Source: Promethearchaeota archaeon
Lineage (GTDB): Archaea > Asgardarchaeota > Lokiarchaeia > Sigyniarchaeales > SOKP01
Assembly (NCBI GenBank): GCA_019894955.1
Contig: JAGXNQ010000005.1
Span: forward strand, 1-41,575
Length of the DNA stretch: 41,575 nucleotides
Reading direction: 5' to 3'
Shown here: one piece after another, positions 1-8,116 of the stretch
Numbering within the stretch: position 1 is the first letter of the stretch
How the letters are laid out: each line of letters opens with the position of its first letter
Position numbers and translations under genes: made by a program
Notes under the pieces: generated by a model
Databases searched by the model: none
What the model saw: the letters and a program-made list of their open reading frames with translations, nothing else
What the model was told of the DNA's origin: nothing

Positions 1-10
1 ACTTAGAGAT

Positions 11-21
11 CTATATATAAA
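11..21 (+). promoter_or_regulatory. Candidate TATA box of the thermosome gene
   Basis: CTATATATAAA about 36 nt upstream of ATG 57; SD-like GTGA 7 nt before the ATG. Confidence 0.45.
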
Positions 22-56
22 CATAAATTAATTCAACCTAAAAAAGTGAACATTAA

Positions 57-1661
57 ATGGCACAATTATCTGGTGTTCCTATTATAATTCTTAAAGAAGG
101 AACTGAAAGAAAACAAGGAAGAGATGCTCAAAAAAACAATATAGCTGCCGCAAAAGCCGTAGCAGAAGCCGTAAGAACTACACTTGGACCTAAAGGAATG
201 GATAAAATGCTGGTTGATTCATTAGGAGATGTCACCATAACAAATGATGGAGCAACGATCTTAGATACGATCGATGTAGAACATCCAGCAGCTAAAATGA
301 TAGTGGAGGTTGCTAAAACTCAAGATGATAAAGTTGGAGATGGTACAACTACAAGCGTTATAATCTCTGGCGAATTATTAAATCTTGCCCAAGAACTGAT
401 GGAACAATCCGTTCATCCTACTATTATTATAAGAGGATATAGAAAAGCTTTAGTACAAAGTAAAGAAATCTTAAAAGATCTAGCTCAAAAGATCGATATA
501 AATGATGAGGAAACTCTTATCAAAGTCGCAGAAACATCAATGAATAGCAAGCTAATCGCAGGTGTGATAAATAATTTCGCTCTCATCGCAGTTAAAGCAG
601 TAAATCAAGTTAAAGAAAAACGTGGCGAGAACATTATTATTGATTTAGATCAAATTCAAATAATCAAGAAAGAAGGAAAAAGTCTTTTTGATACCTCTAT
701 TATTGAGGGTGTTATCGTTGATAAAGAAGTAGTCCATCCGATGATGCCCAAGTTGATCAAGGATGCAAGAATTGCCTTAATCAGCTCATCTTTAGAAGTA
801 GAAAAAACAGAATTTGATGCTGAAATACGAGTTCAAACTCCAGATCAACTCAATAAGTTCCTAGAAGAAGAATCTAGCATGCTTAAGAAACGGGTTCTAA
901 AATTGAAGGAAGTAGGTGCTAATGTCGTATTTTGTCAAAAAGGGATCGATGATAAGGCTCAAAATTTCCTCGCTCAAGAGAATATTCTTACTGTTCGCAG
1001 AGTTAAAAAATCAGACATGGAAAAGCTAGCAAGAGCTACTAATGCAAAAGTTGTAAATAATCTTTTCGATATCACCACCTCTGATATTGGAAAAGCAGGG
1101 AAAGTAGAAGAAAAGAAAATTGGAGATGATAGTATGATCTTTGTATCTGAATGTTCAGATCCTAAAGCTGTTAGCATTTTAATCAGAGCAGGTATCGAAC
1201 ACGTTGTTGATGAGGCTGAAAGAATGCTTCATGATGCGTTATCTGTTGTTAAAGCAGCTATAGAGCTTCCTTATATTTTACCTGGGGGCGGTGCTTCGGA
1301 AATTGAATTAGCTAAAAGATTAAGATCATTTGCTCGCTCAATTGGTGGCAGAGAGCAATTAGCTATAGAAATTTATGCAAATGCTTTAGAAATAATCCCA
1401 AAAACATTAGTAGAGAATGCAGGTCATAATCCTGTAGATTTAGTGGTAGAACTACGGTCAAAACATGAAGCAGAAAATGGTCAATCATACGGTATCAATA
1501 TTGATACAGGAAAACCCGATGATATGATTAAATTGGGAGTAATTGAACCTCTAACTATATTAACACAAGCAATTCAATCTGCTACTGAAGTAGCGTCTAT
1601 GATCTTGAAGATTGATGATGTTATCGCATCTTCTGGTTTATCTAAAGGTGGACAAGAATAA
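57..1661 (+). CDS. ths: Thermosome subunit (group II chaperonin)
   Basis: [27 protein letters not shown] and GGGASE motifs; 534 aa. Confidence 0.98.
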   Translation: MAQLSGVPIIILKEGTERKQGRDAQKNNIAAAKAVAEAVRTTLGPKGMDKMLVDSLGDVTITNDGATILDTIDVEHPAAKMIVEVAKTQDDKVGDGTTTSVIISGELLNLAQELMEQSVHPTIIIRGYRKALVQSKEILKDLAQKIDINDEETLIKVAETSMNSKLIAGVINNFALIAVKAVNQVKEKRGENIIIDLDQIQIIKKEGKSLFDTSIIEGVIVDKEVVHPMMPKLIKDARIALISSSLEVEKTEFDAEIRVQTPDQLNKFLEEESSMLKKRVLKLKEVGANVVFCQKGIDDKAQNFLAQENILTVRRVKKSDMEKLARATNAKVVNNLFDITTSDIGKAGKVEEKKIGDDSMIFVSECSDPKAVSILIRAGIEHVVDEAERMLHDALSVVKAAIELPYILPGGGASEIELAKRLRSFARSIGGREQLAIEIYANALEIIPKTLVENAGHNPVDLVVELRSKHEAENGQSYGINIDTGKPDDMIKLGVIEPLTILTQAIQSATEVASMILKIDDVIASSGLSKGGQE

Positions 1662-1702
1662 ATTTCAAGATTTTTTTTTAATATTTTCTTAAATTATTAT
1701 TT

Positions 1703-2155
1703 TTAAAATCCATTTAAATTTTTAAATTGAATTCCCCAAGTAAATTTTGAAAGAATAAAATCTGCATCCTCGATATAACCCGTGATATAAAGAGCAGCTG
1801 ATAAGGCTTCAACAGAGCTCAGTTTTTCCCATTTACCATAATTTACAGGATTAGCAGCTATAAGGGGAGGTAGTCTTCTACCATTATTAAAAATTCCTAA
1901 TTTTAAATCAAATAAATGCTTCCAGGAACAATCAATTACAAGTAAACCGTAATGATTGATAATAGATTTATCTCCTAAAGATATAACTTTTTGTGATAAT
2001 GGAGTTAAGACAATAGCATTTTGCATATCTCCTCTAATTTTTGATATGATTTTAAGTAAATTTAATCTTTTCAGTTTCAGAGCAGTGCATTTCTTTGGAT
2101 CGCATTCATTTAAATGAAGACAATACAAGAGAGGGATAACTGAATTAGAATTCAT
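1703..2155 (-). CDS. tsr3: 16S rRNA aminocarboxypropyltransferase Tsr3 (DUF367)
   Basis: ECDPKKCT, IDCSW, RRLPPLIAANPVNYG, LSSVEAL and FTWG motifs. Confidence 0.95.
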   Translation of the reverse strand: MNSNSVIPLLYCLHLNECDPKKCTALKLKRLNLLKIISKIRGDMQNAIVLTPLSQKVISLGDKSIINHYGLLVIDCSWKHLFDLKLGIFNNGRRLPPLIAANPVNYGKWEKLSSVEALSAALYITGYIEDADFILSKFTWGIQFKNLNGF

Positions 2156-2179
2156 TTTTCGATGAGTATTCCTTGTTTT

Positions 2180-3178
2180 TCATTCATATTTAAAACTAGT
2201 TAAGACATTAACGGCTTTAATGAAGTTATCCGTAGTAGGCTCAGAATCGATAATAGATAAAATTGAAAATATAACATTTCTAGTTTCACATATTATTGGT
2301 ATTCCACCATAGGTTAAAGTGAATAAACCTACAAAAGATATACTTTCTGAACTTGAAACTTCTTCTAACTTAGAATATTTTAAAATTCCTGCATGGCAAG
2401 TAATTATTCCGTAGAAATTTTCAGGATCGTTACCCGAGATTGTGATATAACTAAGTAAATCTCCCAGAGAGCTACCTTCGGATTCTTCTTTCATTTTTTG
2501 AAATCCTACATTCGCATTTGCTGAAAAAGCCTCAACTGATATAGGTAAATTTTGACCGCTAACCTCACGTGCATCTATTGTTAAGCCTGCTGGGCTTACA
2601 AGGCTATATCTTATGAAAATTGGATTTTGTATTGAATTTAATACATAACTTATTGCAGGCAAGAGATTTGTTTCATCATAATTTTCTGGGGAATAAGATA
2701 CAAATGGAACTTCTGAACCCATTCCAAATAGATATATTGCACTTCTTACTCTATTTGAGAATAATTCTAGTTCATTTTCTGACTCTACAACATTTCCAAA
2801 AAACTCACTCAATTTCTGTTTTAAATAATACATTGAACTCGCTAAATTATCTGCATCTAAAGGCCATTCTTTATGATAATCATGAGCAATAGTTAATAGA
2901 GTATCATTTATCCTTATTGTAATCAAACATATTTTGTCAAAATATGAAAATGATATTACTTGATCTTTTATGTTCAGATCTTCCCAATTTTCCCCACTTG
3001 CAGAAAATGCTGCCGAAGCTAAACTGGTGATTTGGTTTGGATTAATATCAATATCACTTTTCCGCCCTATTTTAGCTATCGAAAGACCATCTAGATCACA
3101 TAGAACCACTAATATGGTTCCTTGTGAAGATCGTAAAATTGACGTCAAATACTTAATTAAAGATTCTCGAACACTCAT
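2180..3178 (-). CDS. Tandem Roadblock/LC7 domain protein
   Basis: N-terminal VVLCDLDGLSIA...LASAAFSAS Roadblock pattern and a second YSLVSPAGLTID...EAFSANA pattern. Confidence 0.7.
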   Translation of the reverse strand: MSVRESLIKYLTSILRSSQGTILVVLCDLDGLSIAKIGRKSDIDINPNQITSLASAAFSASGENWEDLNIKDQVISFSYFDKICLITIRINDTLLTIAHDYHKEWPLDADNLASSMYYLKQKLSEFFGNVVESENELELFSNRVRSAIYLFGMGSEVPFVSYSPENYDETNLLPAISYVLNSIQNPIFIRYSLVSPAGLTIDAREVSGQNLPISVEAFSANANVGFQKMKEESEGSSLGDLLSYITISGNDPENFYGIITCHAGILKYSKLEEVSSSESISFVGLFTLTYGGIPIICETRNVIFSILSIIDSEPTTDNFIKAVNVLTSFKYE

Positions 3179-3353
3179 TAAAAAGACTAATTTGTTATTT
3201 GGTTGTTTTAATAACTCTAATATTTAATCTTATATATTTCTCTTTTTTATTTTTATCTATCACGATGGTTTTCCACATGAGAAAAATTTAATTAAGTCTT
3301 GATATTTTGAATATCATATAGCATTCCTATTAACAAATCTTTTATATAATTGT

Positions 3354-3438
3354 GCGGGAATTGCCAAGTTTGGTTAAAGGCGCTGGACTTAGAATCCAGT
3401 CTCGTAGGAGTTCGGGGGTTCAAATCCCTCTTCCCGCA
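3354..3438 (+). tRNA. tRNA-Leu(TAG), no intron
   Basis: Acceptor GCGGGAA/TTCCCGC, anticodon arm CTGGA-CTTAGAA-TCCAG, long variable arm, TTCAAAT T-loop. Confidence 0.97.
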
Positions 3439-3564
3439 TATTTCTTTTCTATCAATAGAATGTGTTTTTTTCAGTTCTAACTCCATTATAATAAAATTTA
3501 AAATCAAAGATTAATTAGAAAGTTATGTTTAGATTGTTTTGATCAACAAGTAAAATTAACCTAT

Positions 3565-3669
3565 GCTTCTGTAGTGTAGTCCGGCCAATCTTTCAATCTA
3601 TGCAAAGGAAAGGGCTTAGCATGCTAGGCTTTCACCCTGGTGACCCGGGTTCGAATCCCGGCAGAAGCA
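3565..3669 (+). tRNA. tRNA-Glu(TTC) with a 30-nt D-loop intron (3589-3618, about position 21/22)
   Basis: Acceptor GCTTCTG/CAGAAGC, anticodon arm CTAGG-CTTTCAC-CCTGG, T arm CCGGG-TTCGAAT-CCCGG; BHB helix GGCC/GGCT with bulges AAT and TAG. Confidence 0.93.
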
Positions 3670-3826
3670 CATAAATACTTTTTTATGATAAATTCATATA
3701 TATATATGGTTATTTGATTTTTATAAAGATGCTCAGGGATTTTATATTTAAAAAGCGGAATTATCTCATTTTCTTAATAAATTATTTGAAATGCGAATTA
3801 AAATTTAAATTAAGAGCGGAATTTAA

Positions 3827-3839
3827 CGCCCCGGGCTTG
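3827..3839 (+). repeat. Direct-repeat copy of the tRNA-Asn 3' end (att-like)
   Basis: CGCCCCGGGCtTG versus CGCCCCGGGCaTG at 5219-5231 (12/13 identical; 10 nt pure GC in an AT-rich background). Confidence 0.6.
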
Positions 3840-3940
3840 TCCAGATCTTCGGAAATCAAATCGGAAGTACTTGAATTTTTTTTAAACATATATGACCACT
3901 TTTAACTTAATTAGTTTCCTCAAAAATATCGTATTTTATA

Positions 3941-5209
3941 TTGTTTTCTCATAGAAATAATGATATGAATGAAGATCTTGACGAAAAATTTGATGACTTT
4001 CTCCAGCAAAATAATGAATTTTATGAGGATTGCGATAATGAATTCGAACCAATGGATGAATTATGTGAAGAAGAAAATGCTCTTAGCATTTTCGAACCTC
4101 GAGATGAAATTAGCAAAACAAATATGAATACATTTGAACCTTGGGAATACGAGTGTAAAAAAAATAATTCTGATAAAAAACACCATCAATCGAGTTCTAT
4201 TGAACGCTTTATAAATAAATTTAAAATAATAACAAACATTTATCATGGAAAGTATAAGGGAATGTGTGCTTACTGTAACTTAGATAATAAATTTTTGCAT
4301 ACAATTGATTTTCATCATTCTGATCCATCAATAAAAGAGATTACATGGAAGAATAGGAGGAATAAGGACTGGAAAGAGACGATGGAGTTATTCGAGAAGG
4401 AAAAAGTAATTCCTATGTGTGGAAATTGTCATTCCCGGGAACAAGCTGACCTATTTAATAGTTACAGAGAAATTATAATTAAAAAAAATCTTTTTGAAAA
4501 ATCTGCTTATCAAATTGATAAACTCATCCATGATAAGATTAAAGACCATGAAGCACAATATAATAGAAATATAAAATTTCGAATTGTAGAATGGCTTAAA
4601 AAACGTAGTGTTATTGAACAATTATACGACGGTAAATGCGTAGGATGTAATAAAATAACTGTAGAAAATAATCTTCCTGCTTTACAATTCCATCATAGAT
4701 CAGAAAGGAAAGAGGTAGAGAACAAATTTAAATGGCATAAAATTAAAAAATATGATATTAAAACAATTAGCAAAGAATTGATTAAAGAGGACTGTGTGTG
4801 TTTATGTGCAAATTGTCATAAAACAGTACATTTTAAGAACTTTAAGCTGAGTGATATTAGTATTCTTGGAAATGATTATAAAAGAGAAGTGGATAATTAT
4901 AAGTATGGAATTCAGCAAAATATACAGAAATTTGAATTAAAACTAACTGCAGTTAATAATCCCTTAGGAAAAGGGTATGGATATGGAGAAGCTTGGAAGA
5001 AGTATCTTCTTCATATCTCCAAATTATCAACAGAAGGTAAAAGAATCAAAACGTTAAATATAGCAAAAAGTGTTGGGGTTAATTCAAGAAATGTTCGTAA
5101 AAATATCCTAATTTTGTTAAATAAGGGATTCATCAGGATAGATGGGGAAAATAATAATAGAACAATATATTTAACTAAGAAGGGAAGAGAAGAATCAAAT
5201 AAGATGTAA
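3941..5209 (+). CDS. Tandem HNH endonuclease-like protein with C-terminal winged helix (start uncertain; ATG at 3965 possible)
   Basis: Two repeats of CxxC...FHH...CxNCH (CAYC/DFHH/CGNCH and CVGC/QFHH/CANCH); C-terminal IAKSVGVNSRNVRKNI...IYLTKKG wHTH. Confidence 0.8.
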   Translation: MFSHRNNDMNEDLDEKFDDFLQQNNEFYEDCDNEFEPMDELCEEENALSIFEPRDEISKTNMNTFEPWEYECKKNNSDKKHHQSSSIERFINKFKIITNIYHGKYKGMCAYCNLDNKFLHTIDFHHSDPSIKEITWKNRRNKDWKETMELFEKEKVIPMCGNCHSREQADLFNSYREIIIKKNLFEKSAYQIDKLIHDKIKDHEAQYNRNIKFRIVEWLKKRSVIEQLYDGKCVGCNKITVENNLPALQFHHRSERKEVENKFKWHKIKKYDIKTISKELIKEDCVCLCANCHKTVHFKNFKLSDISILGNDYKREVDNYKYGIQQNIQKFELKLTAVNNPLGKGYGYGEAWKKYLLHISKLSTEGKRIKTLNIAKSVGVNSRNVRKNILILLNKGFIRIDGENNNRTIYLTKKGREESNKM

Positions 5210-5218
5210 AAAAAATAG

Positions 5219-5388
5219 CGCCCCGGGCATGGTTGTCGTCTTGCTCAGAGATTGAACAATGAAATCGAACATGCGACCGCCCGGTTAACTTCCGGAAATA
5301 ATGAAAAATCCATTATTTGAGCCGGGTGCTCTACTTTGTCTAGCACACCGAAGCGTTGCTCTGACCTATCTAACTGAGCTACCGAGGC
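5219..5388 (-). tRNA. tRNA-Asn(GTT) with three introns (5335-5369, 5290-5319, 5233-5263)
   Basis: Removing the three BHB-like inserts gives a 74-nt cloverleaf GCCTCGG TA GCTC AGTTAGGTA GAGC A CCCGG CTGTTAA CCGGG CGGTC GCATG TTCGATC CATGC CCGGGGC G. Confidence 0.88.
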
Positions 5389-5549
5389 GTGGTTTTTGTT
5401 AAATTCCTATATCAAATGTGTGTTTAGAGAAGCATTGAAGAATGCATCTCGAATAATTAAAGTTATTAACATTCCTTTTTAGGTTTTTCGATATGGTAGG
5501 GATATTTAAAACTAAGTCCTTAGAATTAAGTTGCTTAATAGAATTAATT

Positions 5550-6074
5550 TTAATCTTGAGATGCGTAGTAAATAAGCCATTTAGACATAGCTTGAAATGA
5601 CTCTACAATGTTTAAATCCTCTTTTGAGGAGCAAAATACACATTGATTACACTTAGCTTTCTCAGCATAATCATGAGCAACTTCTGGGTCAATTTCATGA
5701 TTTTTCAGATCCCATTTCATCCCTAATAAAATTATTGGAATGAATCCCGCTTTTTGACGAATAATTTTCAACCAATCTGGGACATCTCGAAATGTATCAT
5801 AATCAGTTAAATCAAAACATATAAATGCGCCACTTGCACCCTTGCAATAATCAGGAAGTAATTCTCTAAAGCGTTTTTCACCTGCAAAATCCCATAATTG
5901 CATTTTTACGGTTTCCCCAGTATCTAAAACTTCAGATTTTGTATTAAATCCCGCCCCAATTGTCATTTTATATCTATCTTGGAACTGCCCTGTACAATAT
6001 CTGGTGACCATCGCGGTCTTGCCAACTCCTCCAGCCCCTGCAATGATGACTTTAAATATCCAAGAGTTATACAT
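5550..6074 (-). CDS. Rab-like small GTPase (Ras superfamily)
   Basis: G1 GAGGVGKT, G2 TIG, G3 WDFAGE, variant G4 MKWD, G5 CSSK. Confidence 0.92.
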   Translation of the reverse strand: MYNSWIFKVIIAGAGGVGKTAMVTRYCTGQFQDRYKMTIGAGFNTKSEVLDTGETVKMQLWDFAGEKRFRELLPDYCKGASGAFICFDLTDYDTFRDVPDWLKIIRQKAGFIPIILLGMKWDLKNHEIDPEVAHDYAEKAKCNQCVFCSSKEDLNIVESFQAMSKWLIYYASQD

Positions 6075-6264
6075 GATAAATAGCTTTAATATTGATAATT
6101 ATTTACGAATTTTTTTATATCTCAATAGCTAAATTACAAAACTAGGTTCATAAATAAAAATTTATCTTTTTAATAAATTAACGAAATAAAAAAGGTTTTT
6201 AAGAGATTTAGGTCTATTAATTGTTAGCACTTAATTTTAATAATAAAGGTTGTGAAGAAAGAAC

Positions 6265-6606
6265 ATTAAAGACGACGAGATTTGTCCAATATGTAGTTTT
6301 CCAAAAGAACTATGTATATGTGATAGTTTAAGCGCCGATGAGCAACAAATTATTATTTCTAACGATAAGAGGAAATGGGGGCGTGTCGTTACTGTTATCA
6401 CTTTTGAAGGTAATTTTGATGCAAATCTAAAAGATATTTTGAAAAAAGCAAAACATAAATGCGCGTCAGGAGGAACAATAAGAGATAACGAAATTGAACT
6501 ACAGGGAGATCACAAGTTAAAGATGAAAAAATTTTTGATGGATCAAGGATTTCCCGAAGAAAACATCCTCATACGAGATCGAATAAGCCAATCTTACAAG
6601 AAATAA
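6265..6606 (+). CDS. sui1: Translation initiation factor aIF1 / SUI1 (missed by the ORF track; probable ATT start)
   Basis: Translation IKDDEICPICSFPKELCICDSL...DKRKWGRVVTVI...KHKCASGGTIRDNEIELQGDH, typical of archaeal SUI1; stop TAA 6604-6606; in-frame TGA at 6253 leaves no ATG/GTG/TTG before the conserved N-terminus. Confidence 0.93.
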   Translation: MKDDEICPICSFPKELCICDSLSADEQQIIISNDKRKWGRVVTVITFEGNFDANLKDILKKAKHKCASGGTIRDNEIELQGDHKLKMKKFLMDQGFPEENILIRDRISQSYKK

Positions 6607-6664
6607 TAATAAGGTGTTCGATTAACTAAATATTCGTAATTACTAATCAACAAGTTAGATTTTA

Positions 6665-7099
6665 ATGAGTTTCGTATTCTATAAAGTTATATTTAGAAGT
6701 ATTGGTGAAATGGAGGAATTCTCATTATCTTTAACTTTTAATAATGTAATTTCAGATAAGTACATTAATATGACGCATTATATAACTTCAATAAAGAATT
6801 TGAGTGATTTACATGAAAATGTAATTAATTTCCAAAATATTGAAGAAGTTATCTTAATGGGAGCAAATAGTCACCCTCTCTCATTTAATTATTATATTAT
6901 AATTTTAATAATACATAAAAACGAAAAAAAGGAAGGATATTTAATAGGTAATACTAAAAAATTAGGAGATTTACTGATAGGTACTTGGCCATTTAGTCAA
7001 GATCCAATCAAGACTCAACCAGATAAAATTTTGAAAAGATTTGATGAAATAATCAATAATCCTGGTAATGTTAACAAAATTAGTCTAATTTATTCCTAA
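6665..7099 (+). CDS. Hypothetical protein
   Basis: 144-aa ORF filling the intergenic space; no motif recognised. Confidence 0.6.
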   Translation: MSFVFYKVIFRSIGEMEEFSLSLTFNNVISDKYINMTHYITSIKNLSDLHENVINFQNIEEVILMGANSHPLSFNYYIIILIIHKNEKKEGYLIGNTKKLGDLLIGTWPFSQDPIKTQPDKILKRFDEIINNPGNVNKISLIYS

Positions 7100-7103
7100 A
7101 TAC

Positions 7104-8042
7104 CTAATCAAAAAAAGATTTGTCGTTTTCTTTTAAAAACTTGGTTATCAATTTTTCATTAGGCATTCCAGTTCGAGCCCCCAATTGCTGTATCTTTAGG
7201 GCTGAAGCAGCATTTGCATATTTACATGATTTTTCTAACGACCACTTCTTTATCCAATATGCTAGCGAAAATGCGCCATTAAATGTATCTCCTGCACCAG
7301 TAGTATCAACAATATTTTTAACATTATAAGCAGGAATCATTTTTTGATATTGTTTGGTTGTTAATAATACTCCTTTACTCCCCATAGTAATAATTACAAT
7401 AGGAATCCCCTTTTTAATCAATATATCTGCTGCTTCTTTAGGCGTTTTACTATTTGTTATAGATTTTGCTCCTTCTTTGTTTGGAATTATAATATCTGCT
7501 TGTAAAAGCATTTTCTTTAAATTATTCCATCCACTTTGAGCAATTTGAGATTCTAGATCGATGCTTACGTTTACATTATTTTTTTTTGCAATTTCAATAG
7601 CCTTTTCGGTAATTTCTTGATGAATCATAGTTGTGTGCAATAATTTTGAATTGATGATAGAAAATTCATCAAAGTCAGAGATTTCAACCTTAGTTTTCAG
7701 CATATGAGGTGATTGTATAATTGATTTCTCTCCTTTTACAATAAAGATGAAATTTACTGGAGTTTTTTGCTCTTTTTTTATGAAGGTCCATTTAGTGTTT
7801 ACATTCTCTTTATTAAAGTCAGAAATTAGCAAATCTCCATATGGATCACCTCCTACGGCACCTATAAAACCACTTTTTCCACCCAATCTTGCGACTGCAA
7901 CTAAATAGTTAGCGGTTACTCCCCCTGGAAAAATATTTTCGCTTATCGCATTAATTTTTTCATCTGGTTTTGGAAAATGGGGGATTTCAGTGACCCAATC
8001 GACCACAACCTCTCCTAAACCTATAATATCGATCTGGTTCAT
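7104..8042 (-). CDS. PfkB/ribokinase family carbohydrate kinase
   Basis: PGGVTANYLVAVARLG and VDTTGAGDTFNG PfkB signatures. Confidence 0.95.
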   Translation of the reverse strand: MNQIDIIGLGEVVVDWVTEIPHFPKPDEKINAISENIFPGGVTANYLVAVARLGGKSGFIGAVGGDPYGDLLISDFNKENVNTKWTFIKKEQKTPVNFIFIVKGEKSIIQSPHMLKTKVEISDFDEFSIINSKLLHTTMIHQEITEKAIEIAKKNNVNVSIDLESQIAQSGWNNLKKMLLQADIIIPNKEGAKSITNSKTPKEAADILIKKGIPIVIITMGSKGVLLTTKQYQKMIPAYNVKNIVDTTGAGDTFNGAFSLAYWIKKWSLEKSCKYANAASALKIQQLGARTGMPNEKLITKFLKENDKSFFD

Positions 8043-8116
8043 AATCTAAGATAACAGTGTTTAATTAAAATGAGATATAAATAGATAAAATAAATATAAG
8101 TTAAATACTCATGATT

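Noticed and set aside
3292-3507. 71-aa minus-strand ORF
   Set aside because: Antisense shadow of tRNA-Leu(TAG)
3714-3905. 63-aa TTG ORF
   Set aside because: Short, low-complexity, no motif, and spans the att-like repeat; probably spurious
5427-5450. Hairpin GAGA-A-GCATT-GAAG-AATGC-A-TCTC as a possible SECIS
   Set aside because: Lacks a clear SECIS core and no adjacent gene has an internal in-frame TGA; more likely a leader or terminator hairpin
6252-6270. prfB-like +1 programmed frameshift at CAT-TAA in sui1
   Set aside because: tRNA-His cannot plausibly re-pair on AUU and the GTG has poor SD spacing; an AUU start or an assembly indel is more plausible
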